A stretch of 64,000 nucleotides of DNA, from IMG/VR virus record IMGVR_UViG_3300009776_000830. One strand, 5' to 3'. Of this stretch, positions 18,301 to 27,443 are shown piece after piece. Below the pieces are notes generated by a model. That model ran no database searches and was not told the DNA's origin. It saw nothing but the letters and a program-made list of their open reading frames with translations. The translations under genes were made by a program, and so were the position numbers. Every line of letters starts with the position of its first letter. The first letter of the stretch is position 1. Source of the DNA: a virus.

Positions 18301-20185
18301 ATTTCAATCGATAAACAGGAAATGTTGTTGGAGTGCTGCCAGTTAAATTGACATAAAGTTTCTTATAATATTCTGAGTTTTTCCCAACTATCCAATATTC
18401 AATATATGTGTCACTTAAATTGATTCCATAATCACTTTGTATATAATAACATTTTCTATGTTTTCCGTTAGAGTCTTTCATTAAAGTTTCTATACTATCT
18501 CCTTCATAATATTTAATGACGTGATAATTGCCATCTATATTAATTAAATATAAATCGCCATACATATATTTTATTTGTCCGCCAATTAAATATATGTCAC
18601 ATCCTTCTTCATATTGATCACTAACTTCACCATTAATATTTGTTATAAGTAGCTCGAAAACACCACTAATAGCATCATATGATATAATTTCAGCTGTAAA
18701 ACTTTTCGTTTTATCCTTTCTACTAACAACTTTAACAAACTGACCAGCTTGAAATATGTCTCCTACTGTATCACCAGTTATGAATATTGTTGTGCCTGTG
18801 TCTGAAACAGTTACACCAGTATCAGTTGTATATCCCGAGTAAGTTATTCTATATTTATCTATGAAGAAAGTGTCATCTGTAACACCAGTTGAATCAACTA
18901 TATGAGGTCTTATGACATTGTAATTATCTTTATATTCTATATTGACTGTTTTGATGTTTGTATATCCTGTGTTCCAAAATTCATCCATTATGTCATCGCT
19001 GATAATCTTATACATCCACCTGTCGTGTTGATATATTCTTTTAACGGGATATAAACCAGATATCACTTTTTTTCTTTGAAGATCATTTGAGTTATCAAAG
19101 AAAATGTAATAATCTTTTGTATCATCCCATTCCTCAATAAAAGGATTTACTGATATGTATTTTGTGTTACCCGAGAAATAAATGTTGTAGAAATCTTCCA
19201 ATATACAATTCTCTTCAGTAACGCCAGTTCCTAATATTATATTATTTAACAAAGTAGTTCCAGAAGCCATCGTTGGAGTTACATATGAAGTTAGTGAACA
19301 AACGAAATCTAAATTATCTATATAGAATCCATAATAACGATTCATCGAATATTTCCTTAGAGACGTTGGAGTGGCTGGCGTGTCATCGAATAAGAATTTT
19401 AAATTTAATATGTTTGGAAAAATTAGGTCGTTTCTTCTAAATCCTTCGGTTATAAATTTTTCAAATCTAAAATGTGGAGTTTCAATACTATTTCTATCCT
19501 CCATATACAATGTTTTCTGAGTGTATATTCCTGTATTATAATCCATTCCATACCAACTAGATAACTCGGTTTTCTCTGGATTATATTCAAATGGAGCCTT
19601 TGGAAAACGATTGTTGTTCAAATAATTATTATATAACCACACACCCAGATTGGAGCTATAATTCATATCGAAATATTTTACACATTTCCATTTATCAATT
19701 ATCTCTGTTTTAAAATTATCTTTGTTCAAACTATTTAATTGATAATTATTTGTCACATCAGAACCATAACTAGACGGGTCGTCCACTCTCAATATAATAA
19801 AACCACTTGGCAAATAATTTTTTCTAATATAGAGTGGGGCAAAATATTCAAATTCTTCACTATACCATTTATCTTCAATATAAGCGGCTCCAGCTTGATA
19901 CATAGTATCAAATTGTTTAGCGAAATCAGTTTGAACAACTTGATTATCTTTATCATATTTTACATCATATGCTAATTCTTTTGGAAGTCTTTTATAAAAA
20001 TATGGTATTCTGCTTTCGAGTAACGAATTTTTATTTAATTTATAATGTTTATAATTAATGTTACTCAGCTCTGTATTTGTATTAAAACTTTCCATAAAAA
20101 GTTCATACTTAGAGTTGACAACCACTTTAAAATTAGTTGTTAGAAGAGGATTTGTTCTAAGTAATTGAAAACTTTTATTTATCAA
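15365..20185 (-). CDS. Very large putative virion structural protein (baseplate/tail), 1606 aa
   Basis: Size, beta-rich Y/N/T composition, duplicated ~110-aa C-terminal module (YGG.DLW), location among structural genes. Confidence 0.6.
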   Translation of the reverse strand: MINKSFQLLRTNPLLTTNFKVVVNSKYELFMESFNTNTELSNINYKHYKLNKNSLLESRIPYFYKRLPKELAYDVKYDKDNQVVQTDFAKQFDTMYQAGAAYIEDKWYSEEFEYFAPLYIRKNYLPSGFIILRVDDPSSYGSDVTNNYQLNSLNKDNFKTEIIDKWKCVKYFDMNYSSNLGVWLYNNYLNNNRFPKAPFEYNPEKTELSSWYGMDYNTGIYTQKTLYMEDRNSIETPHFRFEKFITEGFRRNDLIFPNILNLKFLFDDTPATPTSLRKYSMNRYYGFYIDNLDFVCSLTSYVTPTMASGTTLLNNIILGTGVTEENCILEDFYNIYFSGNTKYISVNPFIEEWDDTKDYYIFFDNSNDLQRKKVISGLYPVKRIYQHDRWMYKIISDDIMDEFWNTGYTNIKTVNIEYKDNYNVIRPHIVDSTGVTDDTFFIDKYRITYSGYTTDTGVTVSDTGTTIFITGDTVGDIFQAGQFVKVVSRKDKTKSFTAEIISYDAISGVFELLITNINGEVSDQYEEGCDIYLIGGQIKYMYGDLYLINIDGNYHVIKYYEGDSIETLMKDSNGKHRKCYYIQSDYGINLSDTYIEYWIVGKNSEYYKKLYVNLTGSTPTTFPVYRLKFTDIKDFDYDRVNTKYSDFDYEQTQYVDTTEEKLYTYDYNDNSIPPEKRLGGYGSENQDKIENVSSEYIADDELYEIVSTGSNNKMTLEDGTVEDIYDLNEIWRKNQSIVKWGFVGSISHSDYPYKLNNNNEAGGIFNRTSNPLLTYPEILSKNLDYFYRLGTFYSGDTSNYVYYKNQSTNIQQDDYLDNSVKRFDVESYFNLSFDYFTYFFKNKMKYEDNGIIYFKNFDKYSVFNGGDENVYSNTLFKGIKFKIKEVKNIYIEGGVVKKILYGNKDFNGYKFSIVLNENYNPSPTFGIFDPNNLINTSENCINVILNEKYKNVLIILNTSIHFGDTYRLNDVSLYEQKDGLYYGKDLFGDTGITNYYNPNIFIASNFIMALNDYNGDYGIKVKYYCIREINDELYNGGTYINDTTNSTMTQIPDWPYAYTNFVINAEFPTEIELNNDCYWTDPFYIDSIDNDYGATVLTFDESSSYKVQIYRYLGYYEPIFKDIDLFKGGYFYFDIDYSSVFVDGYLTSVPKEYEQDINGEIVFDVNIASNQSGAYEFITCTVPNRVSDFNSPTLTFKEFGLALSNFVDPILFPCSGPETIGGNNKKIVGIEIQLKRKSSNDSATNFCVDQIVELTIGGLNKANPNNWSTTEETITYGGQDDLWGTSITVNDLIDSNFGLNLMFDIHNEGEDSIAPMCEIDDFKLKIYFSCINSAESGYQYSTPQIAPGRMIASEDYNNTIIGSLNRSPVDYPIEFKAPPSTNEFLTPILSLSGINFSSMPSGATSIITLLGVEVKMMRKANYNTSNIYCSDNQFMLKNGLQYYSNKALSDNWGTGKTEIVYGGPTDLWDDPNPITIDDLLSDNFALDLQLKIHNDSDQNGITIAAIDYITITAYYEIENRIYTYSNQVYFDNNYKFDTSLTNFGKIDEIIYSKVNENKNFLDNMLEAYLIYPRIDEYGYGYSDRFIFKSSWDKDYFIRTKSTSTYY

Positions 20186-20201
20186 TCTATTAAATTATTT
20201 T

Positions 20202-23200
20202 TTATGCCAAAACATCAGTTTCCCCATTAATTGTTAATGTTGATGCATTACCTTTTAAGAAATTTCTAAATCTATTTATTTTAAATGTTATTGTAAATTG
20301 ATAAACACTATTATCAGATAGCTCCATCCAAGATTTTATTTTTCTTGTTACTGAAGTTGAGCTACTTGATGGAGTATATGTTGAATCACTAGTGCTTTTA
20401 AATTTGAAATATATTCTCAGTCCTATATTAAATTTAGATTTTGGTGTTAGTACTTTTGTTTTATCTTGACCGGTTTCAACCAAAACATTTAAATCTGGTA
20501 AATATGGAAAAACTGCCGCCATGAGATAATTGTTTATTAATTCATCATCATCCCATATAAGATCATTTACACCCACATTATTTGTTGTTCCAGATGAACC
20601 GACATTCCAATTACTGCTCGATAATATTCCAAATGTTTGATTCATATTTGTGGATGTGAACCCACTTGATAAAAATGCCCCAGCATCTTTATCTGAGAAC
20701 CATATGAATTGATTGTCTTTTTGAACGTGTAGTGTGCTATCTGAATCCACCATAAATATCTTATGTTGGTCTCCTCCAGTGGCGGTGTAATATGGCGCAG
20801 TAGTGGTGCCTGTATAACTTCTTTGTGATAAGAATCCGAGATTTCCACTTTGAGCTGTATTTTCTATTGATATAACATAATCATCTATAATATATTTATT
20901 ATTTAAATAAGTTCTCGTTCCAGTTGTCGCTATGCCATAATCTTCACATTCAACAGTGACAATTGTAGATGAATTATTTGTTATATCTTTAACTAAAGTT
21001 GATTTTTTAAATAATGACACTTTAATATTGCCTTTAACACCAGCAATGGTTTCTTCGAGTTTTATGATTCTGTTCGTGAGAACAGTAAGATATTCATATA
21101 AAGTTTGATTTAGATTTGATGAATCTTTAAAACTAACCTGTATAGCATGATCTGTGTGAGCATAATAGTCTTGATTCAAGTAGAAACTGTCTTCGATGTG
21201 TTTGTATACGCCTTTACTGTTCAGAGTATTATCCATATTTACCATTGTTGTGTCTTGTTCGGCCTCTTTGGATATAAAATCTTTATCTGAAAATGTATCT
21301 TTTAAATCATCTGGAAATTCTACAGTTAACACGTCACTCCAATCCGATTCGATTAATGAATCGGGCCAACCTACTTCAGATATAGATTTTATTCTTATTT
21401 CGACCTTTTCGTCTGGTTGTATTGGTATGTCCAGTTGGTTGATATTCACTGTATCAGCATCAGAAACATCCTCAACCATCCAATACCATTGTTTTGATTG
21501 TGCGTCCCAATGTCTTTTTCTAACATCAGTTAATATAGATACCCAGTTTGAAAAATTAGCATATTTTGGCGTGGTTGTTGGGTTCTCAGTTGTTGTTGAA
21601 ACATTTGTTGCTATAACGGGTGTGGATTTACCAGTGTAAACATTTGCTGTTGATGCGGCTGATTGAGATGATGATATAGCTGCTGTTGCCCCAGCTTGAT
21701 TTTCAGTAAATGTGCCAGTGTTTCTAAAAGGGTATGGCATAGGATTTATTGTTGTCGTGTTAGATGTTGCTGGTTTTGATGTAACAGTGTAAGTAAATGT
21801 CTCTGTGTTATTTGAATTGCCAGTTTTAGAAGCATATCTATATTCTATTCTAAATTGTATAACGTGTTGTGGAACACTTTTATCTGTTAATATAGGCTCG
21901 GGTATAGACCAAAAACCTCTGACTCTGTATTTTGGAGCAACATCATTATTAACATTGCTATTTATTTCGTTGATTTGTGATAAACTGGAAGATAAACTTT
22001 TCGTAGCTACATCTAAATCTGATTTTAATTTATTTATTTCATCAACAATAGATTGTTTTTCTGTAACTGTCAAACCACCACTATATAATTTTGATGTCTT
22101 TGATGTGATGGCTGTATTTAATTGAGATATTCTGGTTTTTATGGTGCTCTTTTCAGAATGTAATTTTTTCAATGAATCTTGGTCCACACTATCAGTTAAG
22201 TGTCTATTTATCTGAACAACTTTAAAATTGTCCTGCACTAGAACAGGAGCATTTGGTGGATAACCATAACTCGATGGTATCACTTTTTTTATCATATCTT
22301 TTAAAAGTGTGCCATAATCATAGACTTGCTCGACATAATAATTGGCTAAATTTATGTTATTATTAGAGTCTAACAACAAGTCATTTGTATATAAACATAT
22401 TCCTTTGCTCCAAATGTTACCAACTATATTATCATCAGTATTTATTGGCTTGATGAATATGATGATATATTCATCAAAACCAACATTTATTTGAACTTTC
22501 TTATCGTTTGATATATCACTATAATATTTCAAGACATTTGTGCCAACAACTACTGGATCATATCCTTCAACTACTTCGAGTCTTATTTTTGTGTTGGATG
22601 AATCAGTATTTACTTCAACCACTCTATATCTCGATGATGCGTTTAATTTGTTGATTATCAATTCATCTCCTATAACTAGAGCTTTTATTGTGCCATCTTG
22701 TCCATAATATTTTATGTCATTGAGATGATACCACATTTTATTATTTATATCGTCTATTTCAACTTTGATGACTGAAAAAACGCCATAATAATTTAGATTC
22801 TTTAATTTTAAATCATATATTTGCTCATCATAAGGCTCTACGGTATCAATATAAATACCATCATTACTTGGATTATTATACCAAGCTATGAAGTCTGTTA
22901 TATTTATATCCGAGCGATTTAAATATGTGGATATGAAACTATTATAAGATCTCAAACCAGCCTCAGTTAAAGAATTATCATCGTTCCTGACAAATCTCAG
23001 GATATATCTACGGGATAATACTTTATTTACTTCTTCAGCCACTTTATCGGTTAGATCTATTGTTACAGCGAGCATTGGATTCATCAAAGATTCAAAGAAA
23101 TGGTTGTTTATGGGTGAGAATGTTGATACTTGATTTATACCAGATACTGGCATTGGCTCACGATTCAAATCCGATGTCATTATTCTTTTGTAAGACTGAC

Positions 23201-23456
23201 CGTCTCGCAAATATGTATATCCATCTATAGACGCTAAACGTTTCATATTTTGATTCAAGGCATCTATCTGGGTTTTCAAATTACCAACTGTTGGCATAGA
23301 ATAAGATCTGACAACGCCATTATCGTCATAAGCCACTTTAACAGAGGAATCTGTGCTCTCGACGAGGTCGTTTATTTTTGTTAATATTTCAACACAATTT
23401 TTATTTAAAATTGTCACCTTTTCGGCTAAAGAAACAAATGAGTTAATAGGCTCCAC
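20202..23456 (-). CDS. Large putative virion structural protein, 1084 aa, with central coiled coil and FN3-like segment
   Basis: Heptad-like region (LHSEKSTIKTRISQLN...), VRIKSISEVGWP, T/S-rich linker. Confidence 0.55.
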   Translation of the reverse strand: MEPINSFVSLAEKVTILNKNCVEILTKINDLVESTDSSVKVAYDDNGVVRSYSMPTVGNLKTQIDALNQNMKRLASIDGYTYLRDGQSYKRIMTSDLNREPMPVSGINQVSTFSPINNHFFESLMNPMLAVTIDLTDKVAEEVNKVLSRRYILRFVRNDDNSLTEAGLRSYNSFISTYLNRSDINITDFIAWYNNPSNDGIYIDTVEPYDEQIYDLKLKNLNYYGVFSVIKVEIDDINNKMWYHLNDIKYYGQDGTIKALVIGDELIINKLNASSRYRVVEVNTDSSNTKIRLEVVEGYDPVVVGTNVLKYYSDISNDKKVQINVGFDEYIIIFIKPINTDDNIVGNIWSKGICLYTNDLLLDSNNNINLANYYVEQVYDYGTLLKDMIKKVIPSSYGYPPNAPVLVQDNFKVVQINRHLTDSVDQDSLKKLHSEKSTIKTRISQLNTAITSKTSKLYSGGLTVTEKQSIVDEINKLKSDLDVATKSLSSSLSQINEINSNVNNDVAPKYRVRGFWSIPEPILTDKSVPQHVIQFRIEYRYASKTGNSNNTETFTYTVTSKPATSNTTTINPMPYPFRNTGTFTENQAGATAAISSSQSAASTANVYTGKSTPVIATNVSTTTENPTTTPKYANFSNWVSILTDVRKRHWDAQSKQWYWMVEDVSDADTVNINQLDIPIQPDEKVEIRIKSISEVGWPDSLIESDWSDVLTVEFPDDLKDTFSDKDFISKEAEQDTTMVNMDNTLNSKGVYKHIEDSFYLNQDYYAHTDHAIQVSFKDSSNLNQTLYEYLTVLTNRIIKLEETIAGVKGNIKVSLFKKSTLVKDITNNSSTIVTVECEDYGIATTGTRTYLNNKYIIDDYVISIENTAQSGNLGFLSQRSYTGTTTAPYYTATGGDQHKIFMVDSDSTLHVQKDNQFIWFSDKDAGAFLSSGFTSTNMNQTFGILSSSNWNVGSSGTTNNVGVNDLIWDDDELINNYLMAAVFPYLPDLNVLVETGQDKTKVLTPKSKFNIGLRIYFKFKSTSDSTYTPSSSSTSVTRKIKSWMELSDNSVYQFTITFKINRFRNFLKGNASTLTINGETDVLA

Positions 23457-23586
23457 GCGATTTAAAATTATTTTTTTATAGGAAAAATCCTAATTTCTTA
23501 TTATATATAAAATTTGAGCAACTCCTTTTTTAAAAAATTCACAAAAAATATTAATATATACATTTACAAAAAAAAATCAAAAAATT

Positions 23587-24387
23587 ATGAAACATTTGAA
23601 ATTATATGAGAATTTTAGATTAAATGAAGAATTTAGTAGTGATACAGCATCATTGATCGCAGTAATTATTCAGACTGGACTTTTAGCTGGAGTTGCAACT
23701 GGGCTTAGTATAGCAGCAATCAAAACAGCGATATCTAATTTTATTCATAATAGAAAAGTTAATAAAATATACAATAATTTAATGAAATATTTAAAAGATC
23801 CTGTCATCAAGCCGTTGATAGTCGAATATAGTTCTTTGTGTGTTGTAGGAGAAAAAGAGGTAGGTGATAGAAAACAGGATTATTACAGTTATGAAAGATT
23901 AAAAGAATTGTCATTGACCATAAATAATAGATTAAAAGAATTGATGACTCCAAAAGAATATGATGAACTTGAAAAATTTAGAACATATATAAAAAGTAAA
24001 TTGAAAACGAAGTATTCAGAAGAAGAACCAGAAGAATATTTTAAACCTCGCAATTATGTTCCAGAATGGGATAAAGATACTATTGTTGATGTTTTTTTGA
24101 GAAATGCCAGTAATTGGTTTGATTATGAAATGAAAGCTATAAATTGGAGAAGACACGCGAGAGATATAATAGAAAAAAGTTGGATTATAAAAAATGACAA
24201 TATTATTTTGGAAGCCGAAGAAGAGGAAGGTGATGATGATGTCATTTATGGAGATAATGAAATTATAAATGAATTTGTAAGAGATTTAACAGAAGAATGG
24301 TTCGAAGAGGGAGCTTGGGCTCGTAATTTTAGAAGATATTTAACAGATATGATAATAGAAAAAGGATATGAAATAAGTAAAAAATAA
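23587..24387 (+). CDS. CTS-bearing protein with a predicted N-terminal membrane segment
   Basis: MKHLKLYENFRLNE then hydrophobic LIAVIIQTGLLAGVATGLSIAAI; TAATATATA at 23552. Confidence 0.7.
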   Translation: MKHLKLYENFRLNEEFSSDTASLIAVIIQTGLLAGVATGLSIAAIKTAISNFIHNRKVNKIYNNLMKYLKDPVIKPLIVEYSSLCVVGEKEVGDRKQDYYSYERLKELSLTINNRLKELMTPKEYDELEKFRTYIKSKLKTKYSEEEPEEYFKPRNYVPEWDKDTIVDVFLRNASNWFDYEMKAINWRRHARDIIEKSWIIKNDNIILEAEEEEGDDDVIYGDNEIINEFVRDLTEEWFEEGAWARNFRRYLTDMIIEKGYEISKK

Positions 24388-24397
24388 ATAAAAAGAT

Positions 24398-25420
24398 ATG
24401 GAAGAACTCAAAAATTTAAAAAATTTCGGTGAATTTAAAGATTCTTTAAATGAAGAACTTTTATGGGGGGCAATTAAAAATCTTTTCAACAAATTATTTA
24501 GTAATATGGATAAAAAACTCGCTGATCAAGTAAATAATTTCACAAAAAAAATTGACGCGGCTAAAACTTGGGACGAATCTGTTAGGGCATTTGAAGCTGA
24601 TATGGCGTCTATGAAAACAAAAGTTGAAACAAATGTGAATGCTGCAACAGGTCTATTGGGATTCAGAAAAGCATTGGCAGATCTTAGTGAAGCTCTTTTT
24701 GTTGAATTACAAGTCTTATCAAATAAATATCAAGTGCCAGAATTAACCGCAGCTAAAGTTTTTGCAGGGACACCGGAAGCTGAAATGTTTAACAAAAAAA
24801 ATTCAGAAGAATTTAAAACAAGCCTTGTGACGCCATTAAATGCTAAAATAATAGAATTAAATAAAACTGGAGCAGCTGGATATGATGAAGTAGCTTTGAA
24901 AACTTATCTAGACGCACAAAATAATATAGATGCAACAGAACAAGCGACAACTGGCGGAGGATCCCCAGTTAATGCGAGTCACCTTTATCAGTCGCCAAAT
25001 AAATTATTTGAGGCGACACCTGTACCATCGACGCCAGCAACGCCAGCAACTCCAGCGGAGCCAGCAACTCCAGCGGATCCAGCAACTCCAGCGGCGCCAG
25101 CAACAGGGACTCCACCTCAAGGTGACATAACAAAATTAAAGGCGCCAGCAATAAAATGGATTACTGAAAATTTATCAGGTATAGCTTTAAAGAAAGTTAA
25201 AGAAGTTCAAAAACCAAAAGGAAATGCCGCCACTGATCCATTTGATCAGGCAGCTTTAAATACAAAAGCGACAGGTAATACACAAAACTTAGCAAAATTG
25301 CTCAGAAACATAGTTCAATTACCGACAGCTGCTGATCTAGCTAAAGTGAGAGATAATTTGGCTACTTTGGGTAAAAACCGAGAAAATCCAACTTTTAAAG
25401 ATGATATTGGAAAATTTTAA
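24398..25420 (+). CDS. CTS-bearing protein with Pro-Ala-Thr linker
   Basis: MEELKNLKNFGEFKDSLNE; PATPATPAEPATPADPAT repeat. Confidence 0.7.
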   Translation: MEELKNLKNFGEFKDSLNEELLWGAIKNLFNKLFSNMDKKLADQVNNFTKKIDAAKTWDESVRAFEADMASMKTKVETNVNAATGLLGFRKALADLSEALFVELQVLSNKYQVPELTAAKVFAGTPEAEMFNKKNSEEFKTSLVTPLNAKIIELNKTGAAGYDEVALKTYLDAQNNIDATEQATTGGGSPVNASHLYQSPNKLFEATPVPSTPATPATPAEPATPADPATPAAPATGTPPQGDITKLKAPAIKWITENLSGIALKKVKEVQKPKGNAATDPFDQAALNTKATGNTQNLAKLLRNIVQLPTAADLAKVRDNLATLGKNRENPTFKDDIGKF

Positions 25421-25453
25421 AAAAAAGGTGAGAATTTTTTCTCACCTTTTTTT
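25419..25453. terminator. Bidirectional rho-independent terminator
   Basis: A-tract, GGTGAGAA-TTTT-TTCTCACC hairpin, T-tract between convergent genes. Confidence 0.85.
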
Positions 25454-25455
25454 GT

Positions 25456-25899
25456 TTAGTCAATGTTTATTTTTTTCGATTCTTTCTTTGGCACGACTTT
25501 CTTTTTTAGATCCAAAGTCAATATGCCATTATCTAGTTTAGCAGCGAGGCTATCTTCATTATAATCTTCAGTTAGAGGGAAAGTTCTTTTAAAAGAAACT
25601 TTTGAAAATTCTCTTTTTGAATAATTTTTTCCATTGTCAGATTTTTCTGTTTTACTTTCGCCGCTTACACAGACATATCCATCTTTAACACTGACGTTTA
25701 GCTCATCCTTTGAAAATCCTGGAGCCATAATTTCAATTGTTGCCCCCTCAGGCGTTTCAATAACATTTACATTACCAATTCTATTGGTTGCTAATTTTGT
25801 GGGATAATAATTTTCAACATTTTCCCAAATTGTAGGAAGACTTTCAATCATTCTTCCAAAATTGTCAAATAAATCAATACCATTGTTTTTCATATTCAT
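25456..25899 (-). CDS. Small heat-shock protein (Hsp20/alpha-crystallin family)
   Basis: APGFSKDELNV, REFSKVSFKRTFPL, AKLDNGILTLDL. Confidence 0.93.
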   Translation of the reverse strand: MNMKNNGIDLFDNFGRMIESLPTIWENVENYYPTKLATNRIGNVNVIETPEGATIEIMAPGFSKDELNVSVKDGYVCVSGESKTEKSDNGKNYSKREFSKVSFKRTFPLTEDYNEDSLAAKLDNGILTLDLKKKVVPKKESKKINID

Positions 25900-26008
25900 T
25901 TTCTCCTTATTATTTTTTTTTTCTTATAATAGTCAATTATTGTGCCGACATGTTTTATATGACATTATGACAAAAATGTTGTAAAAAATATGACATATTA
26001 ACAAAAAA

Positions 26009-26413
26009 TCATTTGATTATGTTGACATTTTTTCTACCATCAGACCAGTAATTATCACCACCGTAATAAACACATATCTCTTCATCCTTTTCTATATCAC
26101 GCACAGCAGAAAAAATAAAGAGGCTGTTTTCCTCATCTGTTTCCCATTTAGCATTTGGTGTATCAGAATGATTATATAGACAACTGAAACCAAATGGTAT
26201 GACTTGATTTCTGGCTTCTATTCTTGGATAATTAAATCTATAATCAATAAATATAGAAGAAGCTTCACCAGTTTGCAAAGGAATGATAAGAAATGGATTT
26301 TCTTCTAATATTTCACCGCTCGAAATAAATTCTTTTGCGAATATTCCCCAACCGTGTAATGGCGATTTCCTTACTTCTATTTTTTTATTGAAAAATAATG
26401 TACTTTTTTTCAT
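26009..26413 (-). CDS. SET-domain protein methyltransferase
   Basis: SPLHGWGIFA, YNHSDTPNA, RDIEKDEEICVYYG. Confidence 0.92.
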   Translation of the reverse strand: MKKSTLFFNKKIEVRKSPLHGWGIFAKEFISSGEILEENPFLIIPLQTGEASSIFIDYRFNYPRIEARNQVIPFGFSCLYNHSDTPNAKWETDEENSLFIFSAVRDIEKDEEICVYYGGDNYWSDGRKNVNIIK

Positions 26414-26435
26414 ATTAAATATATATGAAAAATTA

Positions 26436-26978
26436 TCATAAAAGTTCTAATTCCTCTAATATTTTTTCATATAATTTTCTGTGTCCAAGCACGTGTTGAA
26501 AGGTGGTCAACTTTTTATTATAAAGTTTTTTAACTGTGTATATATCAGTGTAATTTATTACCTTCTCAACAACAATATCATAGTTATAGAAAGAAAATTG
26601 CATCATGTTCCCTTTTATGATAAAATTAACTTTATATGTTAATGTATCTAAAAAATTCAATATATTTTTAACAAGGCTATCATCAAAAATGTGTTCTTGT
26701 ATATTTTCATATCCCCCTCTTATTTTAGATATCAATTCATCAACTTTAGTTTTATTCTTATCTTCAAAAAAATAAAATCCATAACTCGAGTTATATCCCA
26801 CTAAATCTTCAGTATACAATTCATCCAATTCTTCTTCTGATATGTTCAGAGCTTCACCGCTGGGCATACCCACTATCCAATATCTCTCTTTTGTTCTTAT
26901 TGGTGTTAGCATATAGATATATATAAAATATTTTTTTTTATTTTGGGCCAAATTAATATTATATATATGAAAAAACAA
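26436..26978 (-). CDS. Hypothetical protein (true start probably MLTPIR)
   Basis: ORF track; the 5' part overlaps the divergent promoter region. Confidence 0.6.
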   Translation of the reverse strand: MFFHIYNINLAQNKKKYFIYIYMLTPIRTKERYWIVGMPSGEALNISEEELDELYTEDLVGYNSSYGFYFFEDKNKTKVDELISKIRGGYENIQEHIFDDSLVKNILNFLDTLTYKVNFIIKGNMMQFSFYNYDIVVEKVINYTDIYTVKKLYNKKLTTFQHVLGHRKLYEKILEELELL

Positions 26979-27383
26979 ACAATTTTAATGGATTTCTATT
27001 TAGTTTTGTGTAAAAATCGAAAGAAGATTTATAAGTTTATGAAAATTAATAGAATAAAGAATAAAGACATAGTAGATATAAAACTGGCTTTAGAAGAATC
27101 CGACGCATCAGAGGATAAATATTCAGATTATTTTAATTTAATGATATACACAAGAATAGTTCATTCTTTAAATAAGGGTAAAAGTGTTTATTATATACCG
27201 AATTTCGATAATGAAAAATTAGACATCAATGAAATTTTAAAAATTAAGAAAATATTAAAAAGCGGCACAAACTTTAATCTTTTAATGTTTTTTGATGAAT
27301 TTAAGGATGATTCTAGGATTCAGAATGATATATTTACAAATATATCGATTTTCGACAACACACAATTATTAAAAGATTACTGA
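26943..27383 (+). CDS. Hypothetical protein (start uncertain)
   Basis: ORF track. Confidence 0.6.
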   Translation: MGQINIIYMKKQTILMDFYLVLCKNRKKIYKFMKINRIKNKDIVDIKLALEESDASEDKYSDYFNLMIYTRIVHSLNKGKSVYYIPNFDNEKLDINEILKIKKILKSGTNFNLLMFFDEFKDDSRIQNDIFTNISIFDNTQLLKDY

Positions 27384-27443
27384 AAAATTTCATTTTTAGC
27401 GGGACGACATTTTTATATATAGTTAAAAATAGACATATAAAAA

